Under the pieces are notes generated by a model. The model was not told where the DNA came from and did no database searches. It was given only the letters and a program-made list of their open reading frames with translations. DNA of 64,000 nt, taken from the NCBI GenBank assembly GCA_051362555.1, contig CM120641.1, forward strand, positions 28,836,401 to 28,900,400, given 5' to 3'. The position numbers were made by a program, and so were the translations under genes. The stretch comes from Lingula anatina (taxonomy: Eukaryota; Animalia; Brachiopoda). Positions 30,101-41,794 of this stretch are shown piece after piece (the stretch's first letter is position 1; every line of letters begins with the position of its first letter).

Positions 30101-33100
30101 CCTGGTTTTCTTGCTAAGCTTTAACTGCAATGCACCCTATGACACAACATTAGTAATTCGCCATTGCGTTGCTCTATCTCAAATTACATGACAACGCCAA
30201 ATTTTACTTAATGCAATCCTATAACATAGACTTGTGAGAAGACGCGAGAGAAGTTTCAATGGCAGATTTTAACCCCACCTCTCGTGAAATCTCGCTCCAA
30301 TCCAGGTCTCGTTTGACGTCATCTGCTGCGCAGATGTTCAAAATAGGCTATCCCGGACAACTCCTATTACACTATGATTTTTAAAAGGGAACATTCTTTC
30401 CACAAAAAGCAGATTCAACACTGAAGTAAACCTTCATCATATATGTGTGTGATCCAAATGCATTTTAAAGGTATACTATATTGATTTTCTTTGAAAAAGT
30501 CTCAAGTCCCAAAATGCACTGTAATGCTGTAAATCTTTCCCAATTTAGAACTTAAAAGTATGTGATGCTGATATATCTTTTTTCGATGGACAGGAAGGCA
30601 TGGCAATTTAAACACCTGCTTTTTTCTTGCAGAATATTTGATTTGGCATAAAAATCCTGGCACAAAATACATACAAGATTAAGTAATGAAAAGGCCAGAC
30701 AAAACTGATAAATTGGTAAACAAAATCATCTGACTCTAATTATGTAGAGATTGTAGATGAAATTTGTAATTACTCCCAAAAAATATCTCATTACTGTTGA
30801 AATTTACTTCCCCTAAAATAAGACTGATAGAAAAAAAAAAGAAAAGGAAAAGCCAAACCCTGAAATTTAGCTTCTATGCTTATTATTAATAAACAACATT
30901 GTTTAAAAACAGTTGCTACTCGTTGACCAACCTTCAATTTTGTCTGCCCTAAAGTAGTCGAATTCTACTGTAAATGTGTCTAATCCTTCAATGAAAAATA
31001 TCACATTACTTTTTCTGCATAATCTTCCTGAATTTTCTGTCTTGTTTCCTTTTCTTTCTCTTTGTATTTCTGTTCTTCAGTGGGCAGTATGTCTGCAACT
31101 GTTACAGAAAATAAACATAATAATACAAATTATAATAATAATAATATACTAAAAACATTGAAACTGCGAGTAGTTCTCAAGCTTGTCAATGACTTTCTCC
31201 ATTTTCACAGTGTAGTTAATAACTCACAATCACTACAATCCTTTCTAACTCATTCAAATTGACTACATGTATTAGGGGCTTTTGCTATTCTGAAAAATCC
31301 AGATAATTGCACTAAAAGCAGTTGTGAACCTTTAAAATCAAGGGTTTGCTATGGCGAAGATCTGCTATGCCAAAAGGACAGGGTTTGGTATTTGGAATGT
31401 TTCGCTAGGACTAGGGTTGGCTATTCCTACAAATAAAACTGCCATAGCTGCACTTCACCAACTGCAGGATTTACGACCAGTGTGCAAGCACCATCCTTTA
31501 CGCTCTATCGATCTGTATGTGTGTTTCGGAATAGTGAACCTTCTTCATAGCAGACATTCAGCATAGCGATCCTTAGGCAAAGTGAAACTGCGCCATAGCA
31601 GACCTTTGGCATAGTGAATCTTTGGCATAGTGAACCTTTGTCACACAGAAGTTCACCTGACAATTGCAGGGTTATTAATTGACTGTCTGTCATGGCAAAA
31701 AAATGATGAATTTTTATAAAAACCCATCGCAACTTGTTAAACATCTGAACACGATTTTAAAAGTAATTGCTGTTTTAAATGTTCACCAATTAAACCAAAA
31801 TGATTGTTAACAATAACTATTTTTCGTTTTGATATAAAAAATAAAGAATTGTTCTTCTGCCTTGAAGGAAAGGGGCTAAAACCTGGTCAAACCTTTTGTT
31901 TTAGATTCTAAAAATCCCTTGAGATACTTCCAACAAATGTACAGGACACCACTCAAAGCCACTGATATGATCAGGAAACGAAGGCCATTCAGTACCAGTA
32001 AACTCAAGAGCTGATAAGGATCTGAAATAAATAATAAAATTATATCATGCAATTTCCAATCACTTCTGTTTTTAATCAACTCTATAAGAACTATGTTCCA
32101 ATATAATGAGTGAGTCATATTTACACAGTAATTTTTGGCATCAAATTGTAATAAATGTTTTTTTAATCCTACAAATATTATATCTGCAAAGGGCATCTTC
32201 ATATATACACTTTCAAGAAGTTTCAGTACACACTCAACACTTACTGGGATATAGCTAAGTTCAAAAAGAAGATTCATTGTCTTCAGCAATATTCAAGATT
32301 ACAAAAGAGACCTCCACAGGCATGTGCAGGACAAAGGTGTTGATAGCTACAGCAACGGACCATAAACATACAGTAACAATTATTACATAATTATACAACG
32401 TTTATCAGTCATCTATAGTTACCTGGTGGACATTCATTACGTAACTTAAGTCATCACTATTATTAACAATTTATATAATGTAGCATATTTCGGAAGCCTG
32501 GTATGTACCACACATATTTCGTTATCTCAAAGATTTACCCTTTACCGGGGCTGCACATTAATTATGTGCACTTTCTTCAACACTGTGGAGAAATGTGCCA
32601 TTCTTTAGCCAGAGACATACAGTATCAGTGAATATCTAGTGAAAAGTCAATCTGTGGACCTGGTTCTATGGTAGAGGGCAATTTTAATTAAAAGATGTGC
32701 ATGTATCGGCCCGCATGTATGTATCATTACAATATGTTCACCAATATATATATTTCAGGATGCCACTAACTCCCTCTTTCTCTAAATAAATTTTAAGCAG
32801 GTAAACATTAAGTACATATAGGCCTGTCTGGGTGTGGACAGTCTAAACTGGATTCCCCAGAATAAAATTTCAGTCATACTCAAGTACTGATAGTTTCCCT
32901 ACTTGTGCCCATCCCATACCCATGGCTTGGAACTGTATTCAACAGTGTAGTCATTGATAAAAATTTAAAAATGACCTGGTAAGGAGTTTACGGATTTTCA
33001 GGATACCAGGTCACTGCGTAATATAAAGGGACTTGCAACAACCTGCACTTGGCCTTACTTGGCCTAAATAAAAGTAACGTTACATGGATTGCAATACAGT

Positions 33101-33289
33101 ACATAAGGAGGAGAAGGGCAGAAGCTGTAATGTTTGAAAATCTCAACAAAGGGTCACGTATATAAAACGGTGTAAAATATATATTGAACGCTACCGAATC
33201 ACACCCTCCACATTACCATAATCAAGGGTATAAACAATGGCCGACAGTCCCAAAACAGCTGCTAGAAGAAACCAGTCCTTTCCAGCCAT
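15121..33289 (-). CDS. UBXN8: UBX domain-containing protein 8 (ER-membrane p97/VCP adaptor), 7 coding exons, ~278 aa
   Basis: Minus-strand exons: 33289-33217 (MAGKDWFLLAAVLGLSAIVYTLDY), 32021-31893 (hydrophobic LLSLLVLNGLRFLIISVALSGVLYICW), 31098-31010, 23687-23568 (ASEYRKNVLQPKEEAKRQKLEEQYYRFAGPAWKG), 22448-22317, 22070-21954 (LPEEPSPG..FRTPLGKIHRRRF), 15297-15121 (VLLDYITKLGY..STTYPR..LKDQGL). Phases join and sum to 837 nt. The layout (N-terminal hydrophobic segments, coiled coil, C-terminal UBX) and the motifs match UBXN8. Confidence 0.88.
15500..16215 (+). mobile_element. HINE/Helentron-like non-autonomous element with ~160-bp internal tandem repeats
   Basis: Motif GGGACAGCCCAACCC recurs at 15546, 15710, 15862 and 16025. 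The element ends in an imperfect palindrome TGTCCCA-AGTG-TGGGCA followed by TAATAAA. Confidence 0.5.
17778..18012 (+). mobile_element. Short HINE/MITE-like element
   Basis: Starts AACTAGAAAAGCAC. Subterminal inverted repeat CTCTGCCAAGG (17807-17817) / CCTTGGCAGAG (17993-18003), a GACAGACAAACAG microsatellite remnant, and a 3' ACCTC...GAGGT palindrome. Confidence 0.6.
18062..18131. repeat. (TA)n microsatellite
   Basis: About 35 perfect TA units. Confidence 0.95.
18350..21190 (+). mobile_element. Large HINE/Helentron-like composite element: ~336-bp tandem repeats, ~160-bp tandem repeats, GAC/GGC microsatellite and 3' palindrome; 5' boundary uncertain
   Basis: ~336-bp period (units at ~18511, 18847, 19177, 19513, 19849). 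~160-bp period (~20445, 20606, 20768, 20928). (GACGGCGAC)n at ~21088-21138. 14-bp perfect stem TATGTACAGACACA-TC-TGTGTCTGTACATA at 21157-21186, followed by AAAAC. Confidence 0.65.
24987..28237. mobile_element. Non-autonomous Tc1/mariner/pogo-type DNA transposon (3.25 kb) in UBXN8 intron 3
   Basis: 27-bp TIRs CGGTAAAGTGCCATGAATTTCGAACAG (24987-25013) and CTGTTCGAAATTCATGGCACATTACCG (28211-28237) with 1 mismatch, flanked by TA on both sides. Subterminal CATGAATTTCGGCCAG copies at ~25067 and ~28163. No transposase ORF seen. Confidence 0.8.
28315..30366. mobile_element. Second TIR DNA transposon relic (TAG...CTA termini), ~2.05 kb
   Basis: Imperfect TIR TAGAGGCTGTCCGGG / CCCGGACAACTCCTA, plus a perfect 16-bp subterminal inverted repeat GAGGTGGGGTTAAAAT (~28378) / ATTTTAACCCCACCTC (~30266). 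Confidence 0.6.
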
Positions 33290-33651
33290 CGCAATGTATT
33301 ACCGAAGTAACTAGTAAACATGTCCGCGAAGTTCTTAGCTTAGGCAATTTAGGTTGGAATTTCCCCAAATTGAATGTGACATTAAATGCATTTTCTGCCA
33401 AAACATGGTTATTTTTCTTATACTTGTCTTTTACTTATATTCAAGTGGTCATAGAATAAGAGTCTTTTGTTTTTGAAAAGAGTAAAGATGCATTTGTTTA
33501 CATTCTTTTTTTCTTGAAGTCACCCCTTAAGGCCGAGTCCATAAATGACCCAATCAACGCATCCATAACTTCCACGTGACTTTACTTATCTATATAAGCA
33601 CGATGGCAAGCACAATCGACCTCTTTTCCAACACATCTCTAAGCTAGTAGA
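33290..33651. promoter_or_regulatory. Bidirectional promoter region between UBXN8 (-) and MAT (+)
   Basis: The two start codons are only 362 bp apart. CCAAT (~33550), E-box CCACGTGAC (~33572) and TATATAA (33591) precede the MAT ATG. Confidence 0.65.
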
Positions 33652-36600
33652 ATGTCACAGGTAATAAATGGTACGATGAATGGACCAAGTAATGGAAAAG
33701 AGAATCCGCATTACCTTGAGCTGAACCACCATTACGCTGAAGAATGCAGCCAAGACGATATCGGATCATTCCTGTTCACGTCAGAATCTGTTGGAGAGGG
33801 ACACCCAGGTAATACCCGACTGCTACGCGCTTTTAATTGATGAGCACGTGAACGGCTTTGTATACAATATAGTATGTATGATGGCTTGCCGTGCTTATTG
33901 TAAATGCAGGCTACTTCTAAAGTGCTAGTCGCTTTCATGTTGCATTATGTCGTTTCTTGATTATGTCCCTTTCATGAAATGAGACTCAGTTTGAATTATA
34001 TAATAAGAAAGATCGTTTTTACTTCTAAAACAACTTCAAATGATTCAGGGAGTTTTACTATTTAAGGGTAATATACTTCAACAGCGAACGAGTTTGACAT
34101 TGGCTACAAAAAAAAAAAAAAAAAAAAAAAACTTTTTCATAAACTTGAAATAGCCATATTGCTGGTGTTGCATAATTGTATTTGAAAGATTCTTAGTCAT
34201 ATGTCCTGTTTAGAGCATACTTAAATTTGAAATTGTCTTAGTCATATGTTCTGTTTACAATATATTATTACAGAAAAAAAAACACTCCTTGCTTACATTT
34301 TCAGGAATAAGTGTAAAATGTAATATTCTAAAGGCACCACAAGAAAAAATGTCAGCATCTCCCAGAAAATGATTCTACTTTCATCGTTCCCAAGATTTCT
34401 AAGATATTCTCTCTCACAATGTGTGTATGTGTTTCTGCATGTCTGCTTAAACCATGCGGCATCAACAGCATTGTTGCAAATTCTGATTTTATTTAGGCAA
34501 CTTGCTTATAAAGCTATCGCTGTTGGCCTTTTATAATGAATGAATTGTGATGTCAAACTATTTTTCACAACATTTTGTGTTTTATAAATTCATTGATGAA
34601 GAATGGACTCCTGGGACTTTCCTATTTACATCCGAATCCGTTGGCGAAGGCCATCCAGGTCAGTCAGCAAAAATGACAATATGAATAGACTTTTTGAAAA
34701 TCATTTTTGGAAATAATAAGAAATCAGTTTCTAAGCCTCTTAAAGAGGCTATATCATTCAGATCTGTCTCAAACATTATTTAAGATCTTTGAAAAAAATA
34801 AAAATGAAAGACCAGAAAATTTTGTCTTGTAAGTTTGAGACATACTTTGGAGGGAATTTTTTTATGTCATGACATGTTTGTGTAAGAAAGGGAATGGGGG
34901 ATTTCTGAAGCAATATGTATTTATTGTGCCAATGGTAGTGTTTTATGGTTGATTTGATGTTGTCTTGTAAAAGTTTGTTTATATACGGGTGGGAATTGGC
35001 TGATATGTGGACTGCGAGGTTTTTAATGTATTAGCTTTGAGTTTATTTATGGTTTTATTTCCTGGAAAGACTTTTTTCTCACCTGTCATATTATTCATTT
35101 CACCACAAAGTGCCAAAAAACATATTAATATTCACCTAATTCAGTTAGGGCATATGCAATACTTATTAAGAAAATGTCGCAATACAGTTTTAGTAGTCCC
35201 AAACTTTGCTTGAGACCTGCTCTACTCCTCAATTTCCCTTATGCAAACAATGCTAAATGGATACTCAAGACTTCTGTACAGATTTTAAATCTGGCTTGAT
35301 TATAAGTTCAGAATTTCAGTCAGAAACTGGATTCTCTCATGTTTGAGTAAGGGACATCTGTTTAAATACAATAGATAGCGTTTGCCACTAGCAATCAAAA
35401 GGTTATCTTAAGTCGTGCTAGTAAGTGCCCCTGCCCGAGGTATGTCCCGTACCAGCACTTGGACCAGGATTTTTCCCAATATCACAAGATTCAACTGGTC
35501 ACAGCCAGTTACGTCTGGGTATTTGGACCAGTTGGAGACACCTGACCAAGGTGTCACCATCCAGGTACACAATGATTACACTCCTATGTACACACAAACC
35601 TGTTCCTCAGCCCCTGGCCTATATTATTGCCCTACCTGTATTATGTAACATTTTAAACTTCAGACTTAAGAAGGAGATAGAGGTGCTGTGGTTTTTATTA
35701 TTTGCACAATGTTGCAAGTCGGTGGCTGGGTTGTTATTGTTATGTTTACAAATGATTAAGCGCACCCGGGGAAAACATTTAAGTTCAACTGGTGAAAATG
35801 ACCAATGCACAGACAGATTGACTAGAGTGATTATTTTGATAATGAGCTACAACATGGGACTAAGGAGATTTATTGTTTTACCAGGTCCTTTTGGAATTGT
35901 TGGAGATGAGGGGAGGGGGTAGTTGACAATCATAAGAACTAAGTGTTTTGTCCATTGAATGTCCAGGGATATTTTAAAATCCTCTTCTTACCATAAGCAA
36001 TAGCAAATATTGTCCTGTTGATAATCCATTAAGGGAGACAAAGCTAAACATATTGCCTTGTTTACATCATTTGAGAATGACATAGCAGTTTAGAAAAAGT
36101 GGTATTGTGTTGACTTTGTTTTGTTACCTTTTGTGTATGTTTGTTTTGTGACTGCTATAATTATAAATAGGCTGGGGTAGCACTAACACTCCCCAATTTT
36201 GTCAAATGCTAAAACAGACTAAGTTGGCTGATCCAAATAGGGTTCGTTTGACTTGTTAGTCAGATTTAAATCATTTGGAGAAAATTGATTTAAAAAAGTA
36301 GTGATTTGGTTAAGTGAAAAAAGATGCTAGTGCTATCCTGGAAGGATATTAAGCTCAATATATTTGACTGGTTTCTTACTCTAATTCTTTGGTATGCTAT
36401 GTAAATACATGTTGAAGAGAAAAATAAATAGTTTTGCTTAAGGGAAGTACTTCAGGAAGTTAGTTTATCATTGAGGGTTTCAAAAAAATGCTGAGTAATG
36501 GTTCTAAGGAGAGATGATGTAATGTTGTTTATATGCCTTTGCTGTGACCAGGTTGTCAAGAAATAAGAAACAATATAGTGTTAAACTTTAATTTTAGAAT

Positions 36601-39600
36601 ACTAAATGTTACTATTCTTATTCCACAAATCAAATCATTGAGAATGTAACAATAGTCTCAGATATGATTATTGAGAACTTCTGTGATTGCTTTTCACTTC
36701 ATTTATTTATTTTTCATCTTATTCAGATAAAATTTGTGATCAGGTCAGTGATGCTATCCTTGATGCGCACCTGAGGCAAGACCCCGATGCCAAGGTGGCA
36801 TGTGGTAAGTATGGGCTTTGTAATATCCAATCTTGACCTCTTAGTATCTGGCCTTAAATATTTCATCATTTCTGATGCAATATTTCATCTGCCATGTTTA
36901 TACATAAATCATTTATTAATGACGTATGCTAAATGGTTAATTGCTTTTTTAATTTAGATGTGGGTAAGCAAATAAGTGTGTGGGAATGATAACAAGTGAA
37001 AAATTTGTATAGTTTGTTTATCAGATATAAAATTTTATATCATAAAATGTGTCAGAGAAAGTGCATGATTGTCTTTACACTGTAGGGGACATAATACATG
37101 AGATCAGTGTGCACTAAAATTCAAACAAGTGGTATGACCTGACATAAAATGTTATCTTAATTTTTCATAGCTGATTTACTTGCTAAATTGTCTGCTCAGA
37201 AGCAAACATAAAGAAATAAAAGACATTGCATGACAGACAGATTAGAGTTTACCTCATTCTTGTTGAAAATTTTTATCCCAGAAACTGTCACCAAGACTGG
37301 CATGGTATTAGTCTGCGGAGAGATCACCTCCAAGGCTCACGTCGACTATCAGAAAGTAATCAGAGACACAGTGAAAGAGATAGGATATGACTCTTCTGAT
37401 AAAGGTAACCTTGCAGTATTCTTATATGGTGTTTTAAGTAGATACTCATTCAATTCAGTTGATGAAAAAACCCAGACATGCACTGGATAAGATAATTTAC
37501 TTGAAAAATAAATGAAAAATTATCTTGTAGAGAGTTAACAATCTGATTTGGAAGAAGATTAAACTTAATTAAGATAAAGTTTATTAAAAATTAGATTTAG
37601 CACATTATCTGGGTGCTTGCTAGTCCTAGAGTTGGAATCCCAAATATGAAGACAATATAAGACGTTCCCAAAATTGTAAAATTTTAAAAAATGAGATCAT
37701 TTTCTTTTCACATTTTCCTCTTATGCACTTCTAAGGGGGTCCTTGAAACACTTAAAAATACTATTAAATGGCACTGAATAGTATAATGATTCTCTATATC
37801 AAACTTTGCCTTTTTTTAAAACATACTTCTAACCACTGTTTTTATCATAGCTTTTAAACAGTTTTATCTCGCATGTGGTTTTGAGCCTTAATGCTAATTC
37901 ATAATTTTAAGCTCTTTGTAATTGTCTTCCATGTTGTCAGGTTTTGACTATGAAACCTGTAATGTCCTGATGGCACTGGAGGAGCAGAGCCCAGAGATAG
38001 CACAAGGTGTCCATGTAGACCGCCATGAGGAAGAGGTCGGAGCTGGCGATCAGGTGAGTTTATAATAATAATAATAATTATTATTATTATTATTAGACAA
38101 GAAAAACTGCACTGATTCTGATATGGGAACCAGGGATGACTGTCGACTGCTAGGTGTAGATGACAATATGTTTGCATTTTGATGAGAAATTTTAAATAGA
38201 TTTTTTTTGGACACGTTTGTTATGAAGTTTGGCTCTTTTGTGACATTTCCAGTTAAAAGGGGTTATGTTGACCATGGCACGGTGCCATTACCAAATTAAT
38301 TTTTTAACAATTTGTAGTGACATAGAAGTAAATTGGGATTTCTGGTTGAAGATTCAATGCTATGACAAGATGGAAAGTAAGGGTGCCCAACTCTCTTCTT
38401 TCATGTTCAGTGACATTAACAACTTGTGCCTCATTTCAGGGTCTTATGTTTGGTTATGCAACAAATGAGACAGAAGAATGTATGCCACTGACTGTAGTTC
38501 TTGCACATAAAATGAACGCTAAGATTGCCGAACTTAGAAAGAATGGTGGACTGCCTTGGGCACGCCCAGATACCAAGACACAAGTGAGTTGATTCCCTAG
38601 ACAACAGATAAATATTTTTGTGGGTAAAACGGTTTATGACTACAAGTTATCTTACATTTGTTCAACATTTTACATTTTAAACTAAATGCTGTAATGAAGT
38701 GCAATGTTTGAATCAGAAATAATGATTTAAATAGAAAATTATTTTGTAATGTAAATATTATCTGGAAATGTGATTCATGCATCAAACTTTCAGTTTTGTA
38801 TTTTGTTATTTTAATTAATTGGCCCCAATTTAATCAGGGATGAGATTTTTCCAACTATCGGCAGATTTCCAACTTTTTGGGAGCCAAAAATATCATTGGC
38901 CTAGGCGGGCCCCTGAACCCCATGCTATATTTTCAGACTTTTTCACTAAATAGCAATCTCAGCCCTGTTTAATGTATTCCATAGAGATGTCTGATGGCTA
39001 GGGGGAAGAGAATTTTCCTCTTGCTTTCTATTCTCCATCCCAACACACAAACAAAGGGGGGGCATGTTGGATTTAGGCTCCGTTTTTACCCGAAGAAAAC
39101 AAAAACTCGTTTGGATTCAGACCCTTTTCTCACCAAAAAGAAAAGAAGCAGACCAGTTTGAGGTGCACAGAAGTACTGTGAAAAATATGAAATTGTATAT
39201 TTTTTGCTAAAATCTTTCTTCGCTGCAACATAAAAGGGGCTGCAAAAAGTTTGCTTCTCACACCACCCTACCTTCAAATCCTACATGTAATTGTGGTTAA
39301 TAAAGTAGGTGCTTGCATTTTTGGTAAACCGACAAGGGACATCATCACTTGACTAATTGTTCCATTTACTTGTAGGTGACCTGTGAGTACAAATTTGAGC
39401 GTGGAGCCACAGTGCCTATCCGAGTCCACACAATAGTCATATCAGTTCAACACAATCCTGAGGTTACAATGGACCAGCTTCGCAAAGAACTTATGGAGAA
39501 GGTTGTCAAAGTAGTAGTGCCAGAAAAGTACCTAGATGCTAAAACTGTCTACCATATTCAGCCATCTGGGAGCTTTATCATTGGTGGACCTAAGGTACAG

Positions 39601-40819
39601 ATTCTTGGGGGAAAGTTCAAAAGCTGCATTATCCTTCACAAATTAATTTGAATTTGGTTTTATTTTTATTGAATGATAAATGACTAGCAGTAAATTTCTT
39701 TCTACTGAAATAGAAAATATCAAATGCAGTTCTTGATTAAAGAAACAGGCTGTTTAGAGCATCAGATAATGATAAAGCGTATGTTTTATATTACATAGCA
39801 GTTCATAACAATCTTTTTTTTACCGGGCTATGGTTGAACAGTTCCCCTATTAAGGTATCTAATATTAAAGATATGAGAATGATTTTGTCAATAATATCAT
39901 TTTAGGGGGATGCAGGTTTGACTGGCAGGAAAATCATTGTGGATACATACGGGGGCTGGGGAGCCCACGGAGGTGGTGCTTTCTCTGGCAAAGATTATAC
40001 CAAAGTTGACCGCTCTGCTGCCTATGCGGCTCGCTGGGTTGCCAAATCACTCGTGAAGGCAGGGTTGTGCAAGCGTGTGCTAGTGCAGGTAGGTCAGAAG
40101 GCAACAAAATATTGTAAGAAACAAGATTCAAGTTGCACCTTGCCTTTAGGGGGGAAAGAAATGTAAAGTTTATTTTCAAAATGCACAATTAGAAATTAAT
40201 GCTGGTTTAAGTGGAATTCCCTTTATTTTTCCCTATTGATGCTCTTTGTATTGTTACTTTTTTGTGATGTTTTAAACCGCTGGCAGTTGTGATACCTAAT
40301 GAAGAATCTTCAAAATATGACATATGTTTCATTTCAGGTTGCTTATGCCATTGGCATAGCAGAGCCACTATCCATCACAATCTTTAGTTATGGAACATCC
40401 AGAATGTCAGAGAAGCAGTTGCTGCAGGTTGTGAAGAACAACTTTGACCTCAGACCAGGAAAGATTGTGCAGTAAGTTGAACTTATTTCTCTTATTAGAA
40501 CTCTGTGGAGTAAGTTGATTTTTTTACCACAAAAAAACACCGTATAATCTGGCTATTCCAACTGTATTGATGAACGAAGATGGTTACCATATTGGTTTAT
40601 AGGGAATAACATGGTTTGCCTTATATCTCCTTGAGTTTTCAAGTTTTCCAATCTGTAAATTCTGAAGAATTAGAAATAAACAATATTAATCTATTTTTTT
40701 TTTTTTTTTGTTCCAGAGCTCTTGATTTGAAAAAGCCCATTTACCAAAAAACTGCCTGCTATGGTCACTTTGGACGCGCCGAGTTCCCATGGGAGAAACC
40801 TAAGCCTCTCCAATATTAG
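33652..40819 (+). CDS. MAT: S-adenosylmethionine synthetase (methionine adenosyltransferase), 9 exons, ~417 aa
   Basis: Exons 33652-33808, 36727-36804, 37282-37404, 37941-38053, 38440-38583, 39376-39594, 39906-40088, 40338-40471, 40717-40819 (sum 1254 nt). Hallmark motifs [68 protein letters not shown] and TACYGHFGR. Confidence 0.97.
34550..34658 (+). CDS. MAT: Alternative (duplicated) first coding exon of MAT
   Basis: [40 protein letters not shown]|GTCAGT. It has the same [13 protein letters not shown] motif and the same phase-1 donor as exon 1, and differs mostly at synonymous sites. TATAAA at ~34507. Confidence 0.8.
38835..38967. mobile_element. MITE in MAT intron 5
   Basis: TIR CAGGGATGAGATT / AATCTCAGCCCTG, flanked by direct repeat TTTAAT (38829-38834, 38968-38973). 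Confidence 0.6.
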
Positions 40820-41666
40820 AGACACTGCAAAAGATAAATCATGACACCCACTTGATACAGTTCACATACACTTGCTCAGTGCAATAGAGTAAGCACAAGG
40901 ACCACAAACTCTATTGCCAGGTAGCACCTTTATGATGGCTATATCAAGAGACGCTTTAGACGAGATGGGTATCTAATAAGTTTTAACAAATCATGCATTT
41001 TGTTCTTCTTTCTTGTGGTAAATCAGGTTGACCACAGTAGTAAGAGCGTAGAACTAACCCGACACTAACAGTAGTCAGTGATTCATGGGGGAGTTGGGCT
41101 GCACCGGGGTCTCATGGTTTCAGCACCCTCTGGTGATTGTTACTGTTGTTAATACAGCTTGGTTTGTCGCTCTTCACTACTGCAAATGTGCAGTTTTTTT
41201 TCTGAGTAGGGTTTTTATATGCACATTTGTCTTGTGTTTATGAAAATTCATTGGAAAAGAGCACTATTTATAAACACTCGGGTCTACCGTATATTCAGAT
41301 TGTGAAACAGTTTTCAGTTATATGTATATACAAGTTAAATGTACATGTAAATATTTCAGATAATTTCATTATTTTATTGGTAATTCGACTGTGTCATAAT
41401 TCCTCTGTGCCTGTTTGAATACAACAATGAAGAACGACGTAGATAAAGACCATTCAGTTATATGAAGTTGCTCAACTGTTGTGAGGTTTAGTAAGATTTT
41501 ATTTTGACACTGTATAGTGTTATTGTTTTATTAATATTATACAATTTTATTCCAAGGGGTTTCATTAAGAATACTTAAAGCAGCTATCAATATAACTGAT
41601 TAAAGAAAATTTATCTTAATACGTGAAGTGGTTTGGCAGACCCAATTTTCATGAAAGTTGCCATTG

Positions 41667-41794
41667 CACCCCGAGTTTAAGTGTCTTCTGGAATCTCACC
41701 TTTTTATCTGCATGCCTGTGACGTTTCCATGCACGGTGACCGAAAAACATGCTTAGTATAGGAAGTTACCGTGTGTACTCTCAAACTCGGGGTG
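41667..41794. mobile_element. Small MITE-like inverted-repeat element
   Basis: Perfect 12-bp inverted repeat CACCCCGAGTTT / AAACTCGGGGTG. Confidence 0.4.

Noticed and set aside
34249-34277. TACAGAAAA METTL16-like nonamer in MAT intron 1
   Set aside because: It sits at the start of an A-run in AT-rich intron, and the local complement would bury it in a stem rather than a loop. Likely chance.
35415-35922. ORFs of 77 and 165 aa inside MAT intron 1
   Set aside because: No recognisable domain or MAT similarity, non-ATG starts, and no clear phase-compatible splice sites.
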